Positions 34,620-48,407 of a DNA stretch of 64,000 nucleotides are shown one piece after another; the first letter of the stretch is position 1, and every line of letters begins with the position of its first letter. The position numbers and the translations under genes were made by a program. This stretch comes from Selaginella moellendorffii (Eukaryota; Plantae; Lycopodiophyta). Under the pieces are notes generated by a model. It was not told the origin of the DNA and searched no databases. It saw only the letters and a program-made list of their open reading frames with translations. The DNA is taken from the NCBI RefSeq assembly GCF_000143415.4, contig NW_003314272.1:2629728-2693727 (forward strand), in the 5' to 3' direction.

Positions 34620-36100
34620 AGAGTGGATTTAAGTGCTTAACACATTGTGACCAATTTATTTGTAACATCAAAAGTTGTAAATGATGATTGTGGTGGTCTC
34701 TGCTAGGAAATTCTTCCTCTCAAACATTTTTATAGTGATTCACATAAAGTCCCAAATAGAGTGTTAACATAAGTTTGTAAAGCTAAGAAAATATTGGATA
34801 TCATGAACAAATGTAAGGGTTTCTAAATTTAAGAATGGTGGAAACCTTAGTAGAATCCATAATGATGTTGTGTAAGGAAATGATATATAACAAAAATTCT
34901 ATTAAATCTTGATCAAAAGAACATTTGTCCAACTTGCAAAAATATTGTGTTGTTAAAAGCACTAGATAACAAAGTGAATATGATGGTCATGTTCTAATTG
35001 TGTCTTAAAGAACATAAAAATGTCATCAAAATATATAATAATAAAGAGATCAAGAAAACTATGAAAATTGTCATTTATCATATATGAAAAAACAATAAAG
35101 GTGTTAGTCAAACAAAAAAACATCACCATATACTTGAAGTGGCATTCACTACCTTCTTGAATGTGGATGAGGCTGTAAGCACCATACAAGTTAAAATTTG
35201 TGAAAAATTGAGCTTTAGATAATTATTAAAATATTTCAGGGATTACTAGAAGTAAATATCAACTAAAAATGATAACTTGGTTTAAGCCACAATTAGTCAA
35301 TTGCCAAATAAAGAAACTTGTCTTTCCTCTTGGACACAAAAGAAAAAAACAGGTTCATCAATTAGAGGCTAAAAATACTAAATCAAACCTTTAGAAAAAA
35401 ATTTCTTTATATGTCCATATAACATTTCAAACTCTACTAATAAAATGATTATAAATAAGATCAAATGGTAGTGATTTCCCTTCCACAAAATCAATAGAAC
35501 AATCATAAAGTTATTGTGGCAGTAAAAAGTTAGTTATCTTTTTGTTAAAACTTTTTCTCAAGATCAACATACTTGGAGGGAAAAATGGATTTAACCTCAG
35601 TAAATGAAGGTGACACTCAATGAATGATAATTGCAAAAACAGAATCAGAATCTTATAGCTAGCATTTTAGAATTTATCTAAATAAATGTAAGAAATTTAA
35701 ATTAAAGAAGTATAAGAAAATGATTTAATGAAGGGAAGAATTATTTAATCAACATCATGTTGATTCCAATCCACTATTAAGTTTAGTAGCTCAAACCAAG
35801 GAAGGCCAAAAATGATAAAAGTATTTTAAATGAAAACAATATTGAAAGAGACGTTATAACAATTCTTAAATATTGTCATCTCTATCAACTAAATCTTATG
35901 TGTGATGAGCCTAAAGGAGATTTATCAATTTTTCATAACTTTAATGTAAATAATTTTATATTATTGAAAGAAAATACCATAAAAAAGTGTAAATTTTTTA
36001 TTGATAATGTTTGTATTAGCACCCTTATTGCCTAAATCTTAAAAGGAAAAGCTAAATTTAGTGAAAGTAAGCAATAATATGGAAAGGTTTAGAGATCTTA
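34620..36100 (-). mobile_element. Degenerate Ty3/Gypsy pol relic (RT)
   Basis: LYGAYSLIHIQEG..HFKYMVMFFCLTN..IIIYFDDIFMF..EHDHHI. Boundaries approximate. Confidence 0.75.
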
Positions 36101-37351
36101 AAGAGAGCTAAGATGAAGATGAAGAGATGAGTCGTATAATCGAACAACTCATAATTGAATTATATATTTTTATTTTTCATAACCACAAGTTTTATATTCA
36201 GTCTATGAGCCATAGAGCAAATGTGAAGGAAAAAATATTTGGTCTATATCTCCACAATTTATGTAGAGGTGGTAGTATTGTAGTTCAGCACTAAAAAGAC
36301 ATTATCGATGTATGACTCAAATCTCTATTAGAATTATATTTTCCTCATATGCTAATTATGTATTGGTTGTTCCGAAACTAGGGTTTGAGAATAAGGAATA
36401 AAGGATATAAAAATACTTTAATCAATGCTTTTGCAGTTAATTGTTATAGTGAATAACAAAATCAATTGTAATCATAAAAGAAGTTAGATTTGGATTAGAA
36501 AGCATGAAATATTTGACATCCTAATGAAAATTAAGGTAGAAATGTTCCTTGAGATTTATGTCATCCAAGTGTGGACCATTCTTAAGCTCATGAGTTGAAG
36601 AGTTGAGTTAGCAAGTTGAGCTTGCTAGTTGAGTGCAAGTTTCAATCGTAGTTTAATATAAATATTATAAACTTTAAAATATTAAAGTTATAACAAACTT
36701 AATAATTTTTAATCTCTCTGCACATTATATAAATCAAAATGTTCTAAAGGACACTTCTTATTCTAACAATTTAAATATTTATTATATGCTATAATAGAGA
36801 TGTTTGTTAAAACATAAAATAAGATGTTTGCAGAGAAAGTATCCTTATCACTTCTTTAAATCCTTGTTATCTATATGTAAAATGTTGATAAAGATGTAAT
36901 ACATATATATGCAAAGAGCATATGCCTTCCTATATTCCTCATGCTTAGTAAAGTCTTCACATGTGCAAGAAAGAAAGTTTTAATTGGCAATTATGTATTT
37001 TCTACCTTTTATTTTAACTATATACTCTTTTCCAAGTGTAATGATATACTTCATGGAGAGAATCTTACACTCAAGTGTTTAAGCCAAGTTGATTTTACTC
37101 TATTTCTACTTAGAGATGGTACTAATAAATTTAACTACATTATTTTTTCTTGTTGGCCTCCTATGCATCTCTATGGGAAGAGTCTTAGTTTTGTCATTCA
37201 TGTCTCCAACTATCCTCTCAAGATTGAAACTAGATTTCTCAAGGTCATTAGGTTTAGTCACTATAGTGTCTTCAAGCTATTTCATATGGTTGGCATTGGT
37301 GTTGCAACAAAACAACTAACACCATCTTGAAAATTTTATTTGCTTTCATTT

Positions 37352-38419
37352 TGTAAGCGATTAATTTTTCCATTCTACTTTAGTCACTTAACCACACCTC
37401 CGACCACTTGGAGGAGTCTCATTCACAACCTCCATAAGTCCAATTCAGGACTTGGGACTTGCTAGCCCCAAGAATGGCATCCATGCCACTCAACCCTTGC
37501 ACCTGGTCCAAGTGCTCCACGTGTCCGATCCCATGACTGACACTCAAAGGTACCACCGACATAGCAGCCTGTTACGCTAAGGCCATGCCCAATCACCTTT
37601 GCCGCATTGGCAGTCCAATACCACTTGCAACACAGTCTTGTCTCTCCAAGACTGGGCCAACCATCCATGAGGGGTCATCCCAGATCCACTCCTTAGCATC
37701 CTTAGGATGCCCACCGACAAGGGGAATAGCCTTCCCCAATATCCCTTTTCTGGTCCCCACCAAGTCCCTTTTTGCCCACGGCCGTGTTCACCAACACTAC
37801 CACTGAATCGAAGCCCACCGGCCCGACCACTAAGTCCCACGGTCCTCTGGGACTTCCTCACCACACGACTGTGTCCTTGGTCACTACCCCAGAGGATTGC
37901 TCCTCTTCCTTTCCACAGTCTGGGCCTTTGGGACAACATTTCGGAACACCGTGGCCTTACGCGAGCCACCTGGGTACTCTCCCCGCCTTTCGCCTTTAGG
38001 TGCTCTAGCCATGGGCTTAGAGTGAGGTTCCGTTGAGCCACGCCTGGTATCCAAGTAGGTAGTGCCACCCACACTTGGACTGGGAGCATCGGCCAGTCGA
38101 TCTCCCGGGGGAACTAGAGCCGGCTCTTGAACACTTCACCAAGCTACCTTGCTTGTCGGTCCGTATTCACTCTAGTCTTGGACTTCCCAATGGTCAGTTC
38201 ATCACCCAACACTGGGTCTGGCCTTCCTGGGCCAAACTGGCATTTCCTGGCCAAACTGGCTCCACTACAGTCCTCCCCCTTACTATACTTTTGGAGCTCA
38301 CCAAACCCCCCAGGGTCTGGGAGACGAACGCTTTGGGCTTTCACCCTCTCAGACTCAAACTCAGACTCGGACTTGGACTCGGACTCGGACTCGGGCTCGG
38401 GCTCGGGCTCAGCCTTGGC

Positions 38420-38450
<31 letters not shown>

Positions 38451-41400
38451 CCGGTCTCGGTCCCGGTCTCGGTCTCGACCTCGGACTCCATCTCGGGTCC
38501 TTCTCGGACTACATCTCGGGCTCCGTCTCAGTCCATCTCAGACTCCATCTCGGACTCCACCTTGGACTCCGTCTCGGTCCATCTCAGACTCCATCTCGGG
38601 TCCATCTCGGACTCCGTCTCGGTCCACCTCAGACTCCATCTCGGACTCCATCTCGGGTCCATCTCGGACTCCATCTCAGGTCCATCTTGGACTCCGTCTC
38701 GGTCCACCTTGGACTCCATCTTGGACTCCATCTCGGGTCCATCTCGGACTCCATCTCGGACTCCATCTCGGGTCCATCTCGGACTCCGTCTCGGTCCACC
38801 TCGGACTCCACTTCGGGTCCATCTCGGACTCCATCTCGGACTCCACTTCGGGCTCTATATCGGACTCCACTTCGGGTCCATCTCGGATTCCATCTCGGAC
38901 ACTTCCATGTGTCATGTGTTGGTCCTTTTTGGGTCCCTTTTTGGAGCCTTGCTTATTGCTCGCTTCGTGCTCGCTCCTTGAGCACTTTGTTGGGAGTTCC
39001 ACTCTCGCTCTCGACCTTCCAAGTCAGAGCTTTTAGTCCAAACGTGTTACACTCGTTTGGTTTTCACTTCGGCCACTACCACGTGGCACCCTTTCCAGCT
39101 CCACTTTGGGGCCTAGGGATTTTGTGTTTCACAACTCCACCACCCATAGACGAAGTTCGATATCCTCATTGAACGGTAAACCATTTTATAAAGTAACACC
39201 CGCATGTGTTACCATTTCCATCCTTGGCACCTAGCCAATGTTTGTCAATGGTTTAACATTGAAGGCTCACCATGCCTTCTCCATATTCGTCAATGGTTTG
39301 ACACCAAAAGCTCACCATGCCTTGCCCATCCTCTAAGGAGGATAGTCTCTCCAACTTAGAGACTCACTTGACCACCTGGGGTGGGTTGCTCCTTTTTATT
39401 GGTTCAGTTCTCACTAAACCTGTTAGAGACACCCTCTCTAACTCAATTCCACTACTCATTCTTGAGTAGTCACAGATTCCATTGATCTACCTTTGCACTT
39501 TGGAACGTTTACTTTTGACTTCTTGAAGTCAATTTCCTAGGTGTCTCCGACACCTTGCCTTGCACATTTTGTGCAACTCCACTTCCCCTCCTAGGAAGTT
39601 CTCTACTCGAGGGCACCCTCATCCTCTTTTCTATTTTTGTGCCACCATTGGCATTACGTTCCATTTATCATTATTTGTGCTAGGGCTGTCCACGGCCCTA
39701 TCTTTTGGCTACTTTGCCACTCCTCACTTGGAGCTTTTACTTCGCCAAATCGGAGCACTTGGGAATCTATCCTTGGAAGTCCACTTCCCTTCCCACAATC
39801 CGTTAGCACCTAACACGTTAGTGTTCTTGGCCTAACTTTGCCATTTGGTTTCTTTCCCATGATTCCCATGGCTCTTTTCTTAGCCATTAGTCTTTTGCTC
39901 CTATCCTTGATTGTTGTACTTAACAACATCGGATCATTACCTCCATTCTCGAGGTATCCTCTTGATTCCATAGCAAAGACTTTACTTTGCCAAGTCCAAA
40001 GGGTGCTCACCCCTAGTACGTCACTTTAGCACTTCCTGCTGTGGGCTCTATCCATGGCCCAACTTTTGAGACCCTCCCTTGGATCTTTCATAGAGGCCAC
40101 TTTCCTCGGACTTACTATGCCATAGCCGTGACATAGCTCATTTCCCATAGGTGCTCTTCCCACTTGGTCACCTTGACCAAGCCACACCATTATCAGTAGT
40201 TCAAATCAACACTTTGAATTAGGAATCATATCCTTTAACCCAAACAAAGACCTTGTCCTTGTTTAGCCACAAGATCACCTAGTGATCTCATCTTGACCCC
40301 TTAATAGGTCTACCAATAAGGACTAGGTCTTCTAGACCTTACTAAGTTGTTGACTATGACCCCGGGGGCATCCCCCACACTTGGCGGTGCGCCCAAGCTA
40401 GCCCTTCCGGCCAAGGATCCATAGCAACTGAGATTGGGTGTCCCCATCTCATTCACCACATCCTTGATGCCTTTTGCACCAAAGTGTTTAAGTTAGATAT
40501 GCCGAGCTTTCACTCTAAGCAATCTAACCGTGCATCACGACTCCGAGGCATCCCTCGCTTGGCGGTGTGCCCAAACCAGTCTCCACACTGAGAGTCCATG
40601 ACCACCGAAAAATGAGTGTCCTCATATTCCAAACCATCACCACGCCCTAGTGAATTGGGACTCGAACCCAAGCACTAGAGGGTCGGGACTCGAACCCAAC
40701 CTCCGTATATGCATCTACGGACGGCATCACCCAAGATGCCTGGCGTGACTCCCCACGCCGGTGCACAAACTTATACTCAAAGCGCGCTATAGATCACAGC
40801 TTAGGAACCTAGTTCCTCCACATTGCCAAGTCCTCTCACTTGACAAGTCTGTGATCATGCATGGACTCCTCCATGCTTGGCCCCATGGCCCACCCCTTTT
40901 GAAGTTATCACCTTCAACTAGGGTATTTGTTCCCCTGACTTGCCAATCTCGCTTTGGCAAGCCCTCCGACCACTGTAACATGGTTCCTGCACAAGCGTGA
41001 AAGCCCTTGATCATCGACTTTCATTCAAAGCCCTCTCTTTAAACACTCGGGAACTACTTCCCTAACCTTGATAGCCTTGCCTCATGGCAAGCTTCAAGAC
41101 CACGCTTCTGCTGCGCCACTCTGATTTCGCGCGTGTTTTGAACCATTTACACTTGGCCTTTCTAGGTACTAAGCTACCTAGAATCATCTTTGGGAACCTT
41201 GAAGGAACTCTATCCTTTAGCTTGCTAAGGCCTCCCTTTTGGCAAGCTTTCCAATTACCATATAGTCTAACATGGACAATTCCATATTTTAGACTCTCCA
41301 TGGCATCACAGTTGCTAGCGGCAACACCCTCGAGCCCCCACTTGATTCTCCACTCCCAGCTGGCATTACCAACCTTGGTCATGCCCTTCGATTCCTATGG

Positions 41401-44400
41401 TTTGGTTCTACCCCTATACTTCTTGCTTTTGGCTTTACACCTTTCCTTCGGTCATTCTCCTCCAGACCAGGAGGATAGCTTTGCACTTTCTATCATGCCT
41501 TAGCAAGTATTCTTAGGGATGAACCTACCCGATAGCCTAGGGAGTGGTTCCTCAATCCAGGTATGCTCACCCTATAATCCCACACACCGAGATTACATTA
41601 TTGCTCATGGGCCTTTACATGCCCATCGTTAGCCTTGCCAAAATTCCATTTTTGGCTTTGTCCAATTCGAGTAGACAGTCTTCTCCTGTCTCCGCCACCT
41701 TGGACATTTGGATAGCACCTTCTATCCATCATTCGCTAGGGACTTAATCCCTTGGGCCTTATCTATTGCCCTCGCGACATCAATCACCACCTCCTGGTGT
41801 TCTAGAGTGTTCGGGTGTCCCAATGACGGCTTCCTTGACAATGAGTATTTCCTTTCATGACATTGACTTACTATATCGCAACATAAGCAACTTATCCCCC
41901 GTAAGGGTATATCCAACTTCCTTATGCCATTAAGAAGGCTTGGGTAGCTACCTTCTAACCGTTTAACCAATTATTTTGCACCTCTTGATTAGTTGCCTCA
42001 TAGTTGTCAAGTCCTACAACTCATTGCTGGTGCTTCCACACCTCCATCATTATCTAGGTCACCACACTCCAACTGCATGCTCTGCAACTTAGGCTATGCC
42101 ATTCCCATTTCCATTGGGATTCCTTTGGCAAGGGGTTCTCATGAACCCACCAACATAGCCTCAAGGTATCACACCTTGGCACATTTGGTGTCTCCACACC
42201 ATCGGCTCCACGAGCCTACCTCTATGACACTTCTTCTTTGTGTCTAAGTCTTTGCCAAGACTAATACCACTCTTTCTCATGCTAACCATTCGTTAGCATT
42301 GCACCATAGAGGTCACACACAACTTTGTGTCAAAGTTGTTTTCTTTTGGGAACACCTTTCCCATGACTTTAGCATGGCACATTTTGCCATCGATGAGATA
42401 CCCTCTGTTCTCATCCTTGGATCCTATAATCCCCCCATCCTTCGTGGGGTACCACACACCTCAGTCCAAATGCTTCCATCAGTCCTTTAGGACTATTCCT
42501 TGACTCTACTTGAGTCATCCAGCAGTTTTGGACTTGGTTAATCCACAGACCCGTAAGGTTCTACTTATGGGGCCCTAGCTCACTTGAATACACTTCTTGC
42601 ATTCATGTCCTACTCATAAGGACTATTTTCGCAAGTGTTACTCTGACACTTAATTTTATTCTATTCTCTATGGGCTACCTTTGCCCCTTAGGACTATCCG
42701 TCCCTATGATGAGAATACCGACTCATCCTTTGAGCACACCCCCCAACTCCTTGGGTTCGTTCCAGCATTTACAAAAGTAGCCCCAGCTACCATTTCGAGG
42801 GCTCGTGCCCTCACCCGTACTTGACCTCTCATGGTCATCAATTCCGGTCTCAAATTCATGAGCACCAGCCTCAACTATATGAGGGTAATCTTGTGACTCC
42901 TTTATCGTTTTGGAGTTTGCATCTTTCCCGTGATCCCAACTATAGTTGTTTACCACAACTACATTAGCTCGTTTGCTACGTCAAACGCTCATCTAGATCA
43001 CATCCTCAACTCTTTGAGGAAACCCTTATACTATTCCCAAGATCCCAAAGTCGTTCCCTTATTGGCCCTTGTCCATCCACCACATCATGCACAAGCTCAC
43101 GCATGAACTTGAGTGGAGAGCCATGTCCTCTCGACATGCTACTCCTCGAGGATAGGCCCATATCTAGGACCTTCCGTTTCCAATACAAGTGGTGATATGC
43201 TTCGCCACCAATAAGAGTCGGACTAAGGAACAGCTCCGATACCAAGTTGTAAGTGACTAATTTTTCCATTCTACTTTAGTCACTTAACCACACCTCCGAC
43301 AACTTGGAGGAGTCTCATTCACAACCTCCATAAGTCCAATTTAGGACTTGGGACTTGCTAGCCCCAAGAATGGCATCCATGCCACTCAACCCTTGCACCT
43401 GGTCCAAGTGCTCCACGTGTCCAATTCCATGACCAACACTCAAAGGTACCACCGACATAGCAGCCTATTACGCTAAGGCCATGCCCAATCACCTTTGCCG
43501 CATTGGCAGTCCAATACCACTTGCAACACAGTCTTGTCTCTCCAAGACTGGGCCAACCATCCATGAGGGGTCATCCCAGATCCACTCCTTAGCATCTTTA
43601 GGATGCCCACTGACAAGGGGAATAGCCTTCCCCAATATCCCTTTTCTGGTCCCCACCAAGTCCCTTTTGGCCCACGGCCGTGTTCACCAACACTACCACT
43701 GAATCGAAGCCCACCGGCCCGACCACTAAGTCCCACGGTCCTCTGGGACTTCCTCACCACACGACTGTGTCCTTGGTCACTACCCCAGAGGATTGCTCCT
43801 CTTCCTTTCCACAGTCTGGGCCTTTGGGACAACATTTCGGAACACCGTGGCCTTACGCGAGCCACCTGGGTACTCTCCCTGCCTTTCGCCTTTAGGTGCT
43901 CTAGCCATGGGCTTAGAGCGAGGTTCCGTTGAGCCACACCTGGTATCCAAGTAGGTAGTGCCACCCACACTTGGACTGGGAGCATCGGCCAGTCGATCTC
44001 CCGGGGGAACTAGAGCCGGCTCTTGAACACTTCACCAAGCTACCCCGCTTGTCGGTTCGTATTCACTCTAGTCTTGGACTTCCTAGTGGTCAGTTCATCA
44101 CCCAACACTGGGTCTGGCCTTCCTGGGCCAAACTGGCCTTTCTTGGCCAAACTGGCTCCACTGCAGTCCTCCCCCTTACTATACTTTTGGAGCTCACCAA
44201 ACCCCCCAGGGTCTGGGAGACGAACGCTTTGGGCTTTCACCCTCTCAGACTCGAACTCGGACTCGGACTCGGACTCGGACTCGGACTCGGACTCAGACTC
44301 GGGCTCGGGCTCAGTCTCAGCCTTGGCCTCGGTCTCGGTCTCGGTCCCGGTCTCAGTCTCGGTCCCGATCTCGGTCTCGGTCTCGGTCCCGGTCTCGGTC

Positions 44401-45105
44401 TCGACCTCGGACTCCATCTCGGGTCCTTCTCATACTCCTTCTCGGACTCCATCTCGGGCTCCATCTCGGTCCATCTCGGACTCCATCTCGGACTCCACCT
44501 TGGACTCCGTCTCGGTCCATCTCGGACTCCATCTCGGTTCCATCTCGGACTCCGTCTCGGTCCACCTCGGACTCCATCTCGGACTCCGTCTCGGTCCACC
44601 TCGGACTCCATCTCGGACTCCATCTCGGGTCCATCTCGGACTCCATCTCGGGTCCATCTCGGACTCCATCTCGGTCCACCTTGGACTCCATCTTGGACTC
44701 CATCTCGGGTCCATCTCGGACTCCATCTCGGACTCTATCTCGGGTCCATCTCGGACTCCGTCTCGGTCCACCTCGGACTCCACTTCGGGTCCATCTCGGA
44801 CTCCATCTCGGACTCCACTTCGGGCTCCATATCGGACTCCACTTCGGGTCCATCTCGGACTCCATCTTGGACACTTCCACGTGTCATGTGTTGGTCCTTT
44901 TTGGGTCCTTTTTTGGAGCCTTGCTTATTGCTCGCTTCGTGCTCGCTCCTTGAGCACTTTGTTGGGAGTTCCACTCCCACTCTCGACCTTCCAAGTCAGA
45001 GCTTTTAGTCCAAACGTGTTACACTCGTTTGGTTTTCACTTCGGCCACTACCACGTGGCACCCTTTCCAGCTCCACTTTGGGGCCTAGGGATTTTGTGTT
45101 TCACA
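37352..45105 (-). mobile_element. Non-autonomous long-LTR (LARD-like) retroelement, copy 2
   Basis: LTRs at 37352-39133 and 43248-45105 with TG..CA ends; TSD CATTT; PBS at 43233-43244; interior colinear with copy 1. Confidence 0.93.
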
Positions 45106-47845
45106 CATTTTCAATAGAAATATAAGGCCAAAACAAAAGCAAATTTGTCACCATGGATCTAGGCCCAATAGTTACCCCTCAAAAGCATCCCAACACACTT
45201 TACATTAAATTTTGTTAGCACTTGGCAGATTATCTGTTACTTTAGCTCCATATTATGGTAAGTGATTTTACCCTGTTATGATGCACTCTTCTCATTAGCC
45301 ACTTGAGGTGGTTTGGTTTGAGGATAATGTCTTGGAGCAAAATGGTACTCAATATTAGGCTTTTGAAAGTTTTTTGCTCTAAGGTCCATGCTAACATCTT
45401 CACCAACAAAGGAAAAGTAATGCTTTGAGTGAACAATTTTCATATCACTAATAAAAGCTTAGGGAGTGTATTTTATAGATGTGCCACAGACCACTTCCTC
45501 AACGATAATTGCCATCGTTTGAGTGGGTAGAGTTAATTTTCTCTTCATCCTATCATGTAACATCTCCTTATTCCCACGTATTTTCCTTCTTCAAATGCCA
45601 ACACTTTCAAAGACTACTCTATAATGCATATTAAATCTAACAGACATGCTTTATATAATTCATTTTCCCTTACCCTACCTCAGAGGAATGCCAACTCCAA
45701 TACTTACTTTTGGAGAGATTCACAATTGAGGTGTATGCAAAGTTCTTAAGTAGTTGATCTTAATAGAAAAAGCAATATTAAAAGGCGATAAAATGAGAAG
45801 AAACTAACCTGTGATATCCCCATTAGAACATTTTAACTTCCCACCACTTTAACCATGACTCAAGTTGAAGTAAGCAACTTATGTCCACTTCACGCCATAT
45901 ACAGAATTTTATTTACATTTGCCTTATGCTCATTTTCAGAAGGTGTAACTTGCCATTATTTACATAACTCCTTAAATATTGATTAAAACCTTAGCTTAAT
46001 AAAATGGCAGTGCTAGATTAGGTTCTATGCCCAATAAAACTCACAAGTCCTTTTAATGGTTGACCATCCCTAAAAATTGCTCAAACACCATTCCAGTTTG
46101 CACCAACCTTTTTTGCCATGAAACCACAAAATTTTGCAAGCTTATCAGTCCACTTTAGCACAATATTGGAGAGGGACTTCCAAAATATTTCATGGGCTGT
46201 CTGATCTTATACTTTAAGCTTTGCTATCAAAATTGTCAAATTACAATGTAGCTTGTGGAAACATAAATATTATAACCATTTTAATATAATTGAAATAAAA
46301 TTACCCTCATATGAGCTCCCATGGTTATCCAACCTAACATGCACTTCATATAACTCATGCATTTGCAAGGTCACTAGACCCAAACATGTCCATTCGAAAG
46401 ACAAAATCTACACTAGAGGTAATGTTTATTGTAGATATCTTGAAAAGGAAAGGGTGCTCCTGCTCATTCACAATTTGATCTAAAAACAAATTTCTATTGA
46501 TGAATTCATATGGATAGATATATTTCAACTCAAGGATAGAGTCAATTTTTTATTGCAACTTCTTCTTTTGAAATTCACACATCCAAGATTTTATCATAAA
46601 CAATATAATATAAGAAAAAGATATTATTGTTACATATGAAATACAATAGACATACCTCCTCAAGCTAGTAGTAGGTTATATGCTTCATAATAAGTCTTGC
46701 AAGCTAACTCCGGTCAGTTGAGTCTTTTAACAGCATGTATTGAGTAGAGTGTTGCGATAAAATCCTTGAGGATAATTTTTTGAATATACTTTAGAGTTGC
46801 AAATAAGTTTTTCATAATCTCTTCCTACACAACATTTTTGAAATGGTTGAGAAAATTCATTTGTATCCTTTTCTATATTGGATGTATATATGTAAGAAAG
46901 CAATGTTAGAAAAGGGTTAAGTTGGGCCCCAAAACAGTTAATAGAGTTTAAAAGTGTTTAAAAGTGTTCTTGAAATGATCTTAATGAGCATAATGAGTGC
47001 TTGTGAGAATGTATTTGGTTTTTAGTGTGATTTGGAGTATTTTGAAGAATTTTGATTGTAGCTCATAGTCAGCTATTGGTAACTAAACATCCTTTAGCAA
47101 TTTTAAGAAGTAATCCTTGTTTTCTTTTCTCACCAATTGTTAAATTCATGTTTGGGTGTATGCATATGGCACAATACATAATAGTGTCAGTTTTGGTAAA
47201 GATTAAAATTGCTATACCCAATTGGATCTTTCGAGCTATGCCACCTTTTATAATGAATAGGGCTTTGTGAACCATAATATGGATGGCTTATCGGGGGGCC
47301 ATTAACTTCATGCTTCTGCATTCTTGCTTGCCACGTGGCAAAATATTTTAGTGTGAGTCCAACTGCATTTCCAGAGTGGAGTAAGAGAGTTTACAACCTT
47401 TTTGAGTTTCTGTAAAAACAAATATTGAGAGGCAGATTACAAAAACTATCAAAGATCTTATCTTAAAAAAGTTTGGATGTCTTCATATTTCTCCTAAATC
47501 ATAACTCTTTTGCTCTCTAGGGGAGATCTAGTCCATAGTATCCTCCTCATTGTCAGATCTTTGGACAAATCTAGATACCCTTGGAGATTTCATGTGCACA
47601 AGAGTGCATGTCATGCTTCCACATCAATGGAACACCATAGCCATTGCTGGTTCATGTAGAAGGATACAAAAACACCACCAAAATGTTGTATAACACCTGC
47701 AACAAAAAGGAGGAACTCAGTCACAAACAATTAAAGATTAGATGGAGTTATGAGTTTGATTCAAAAAAGAATCTCCAACATTTTATCTGTCCACCATTTT
47801 ATCTGGTTCATTTTAGCCCTCAAAGAATATACCACCGAATATCTT

Positions 47846-47860
47846 AAACCCTAAACCCTA
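47846..47860 (+). promoter_or_regulatory. Tandem telo-box (AAACCCTA) just upstream of the aegerolysin ATG
   Basis: AAACCCTAAACCCTA ends 13 nt before ATG 47873. Similar boxes at 14811-14834, 52947-52955 and 63118-63126 also lie next to gene starts. Confidence 0.5.
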
Positions 47861-47872
47861 CTTTTTTTGAAT

Positions 47873-48388
47873 ATGGATAACGAACACATCAGCGTCATCT
47901 TCCTGGCGACTTTGATCGTTTCATCGAGTGCTCAAGAAGGCAAGTTCTTCCAAATCCTATCAAGATCCACACACTGTGAGTGATCAGGAGCGAGGCAATG
48001 GGTCGCGGTGAAGATCAATGACAGGGGCTCCGCCTCGCTGGTCGTGAAGAACGCCCATCTGGATTGGGGGGCCTGGTGCGACTACCCAAACACCACCAAC
48101 GAAGCCTCGTCCCCAGAGTTGGAGCACATATCTTCCGGCAATGGCTCCCTCACCATTGCGGCCTGTGGCAAGACGCTCTTCACCGGGACCAAAGGCTCCT
48201 TCCAGCTCTACGACCGCCAGCTCCCATCATCCCCGGCATTCAACGTTTCCTTCGACTCCCCGGCCCTGGCCTCCAACAGCTTCAGCGTGAGCAGCGGCAA
48301 GAACTTTCTGGCCTTTGTCCGTCCCTCGCAGATCCAGCCCCGTGGACCGCTCGGCCTAGTAGAGCTGACGCTGCTCAAGGAAGTGTGA
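47873..48388 (+). CDS. Aegerolysin-family protein with predicted signal peptide, 2 exons: 47873-47939 and 47988-48388 (155 aa)
   Basis: QWVAVKI..VVKNAHLDWG..IAACGK..GTKGSFQLYD..FDSP..SNSFSV..GPLGLVELTLLK parallels aegerolysin motifs (QWV..KN..WGK..I.ACGR..GTTG.FDL.D..WDCP..N..GALG). A 48-nt AG|GCAAGT..CAG intron joins a hydrophobic first exon in frame. Confidence 0.8.
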
Positions 48389-48407
48389 AGCTCCGAAAGC
48401 CGTCGTT

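Noticed and set aside
45110-47300. Possible degenerate transposase or LINE coding sequence (continuing 36900-37351)
   Set aside because: No motif could be recognised by eye; needs a translated profile search.
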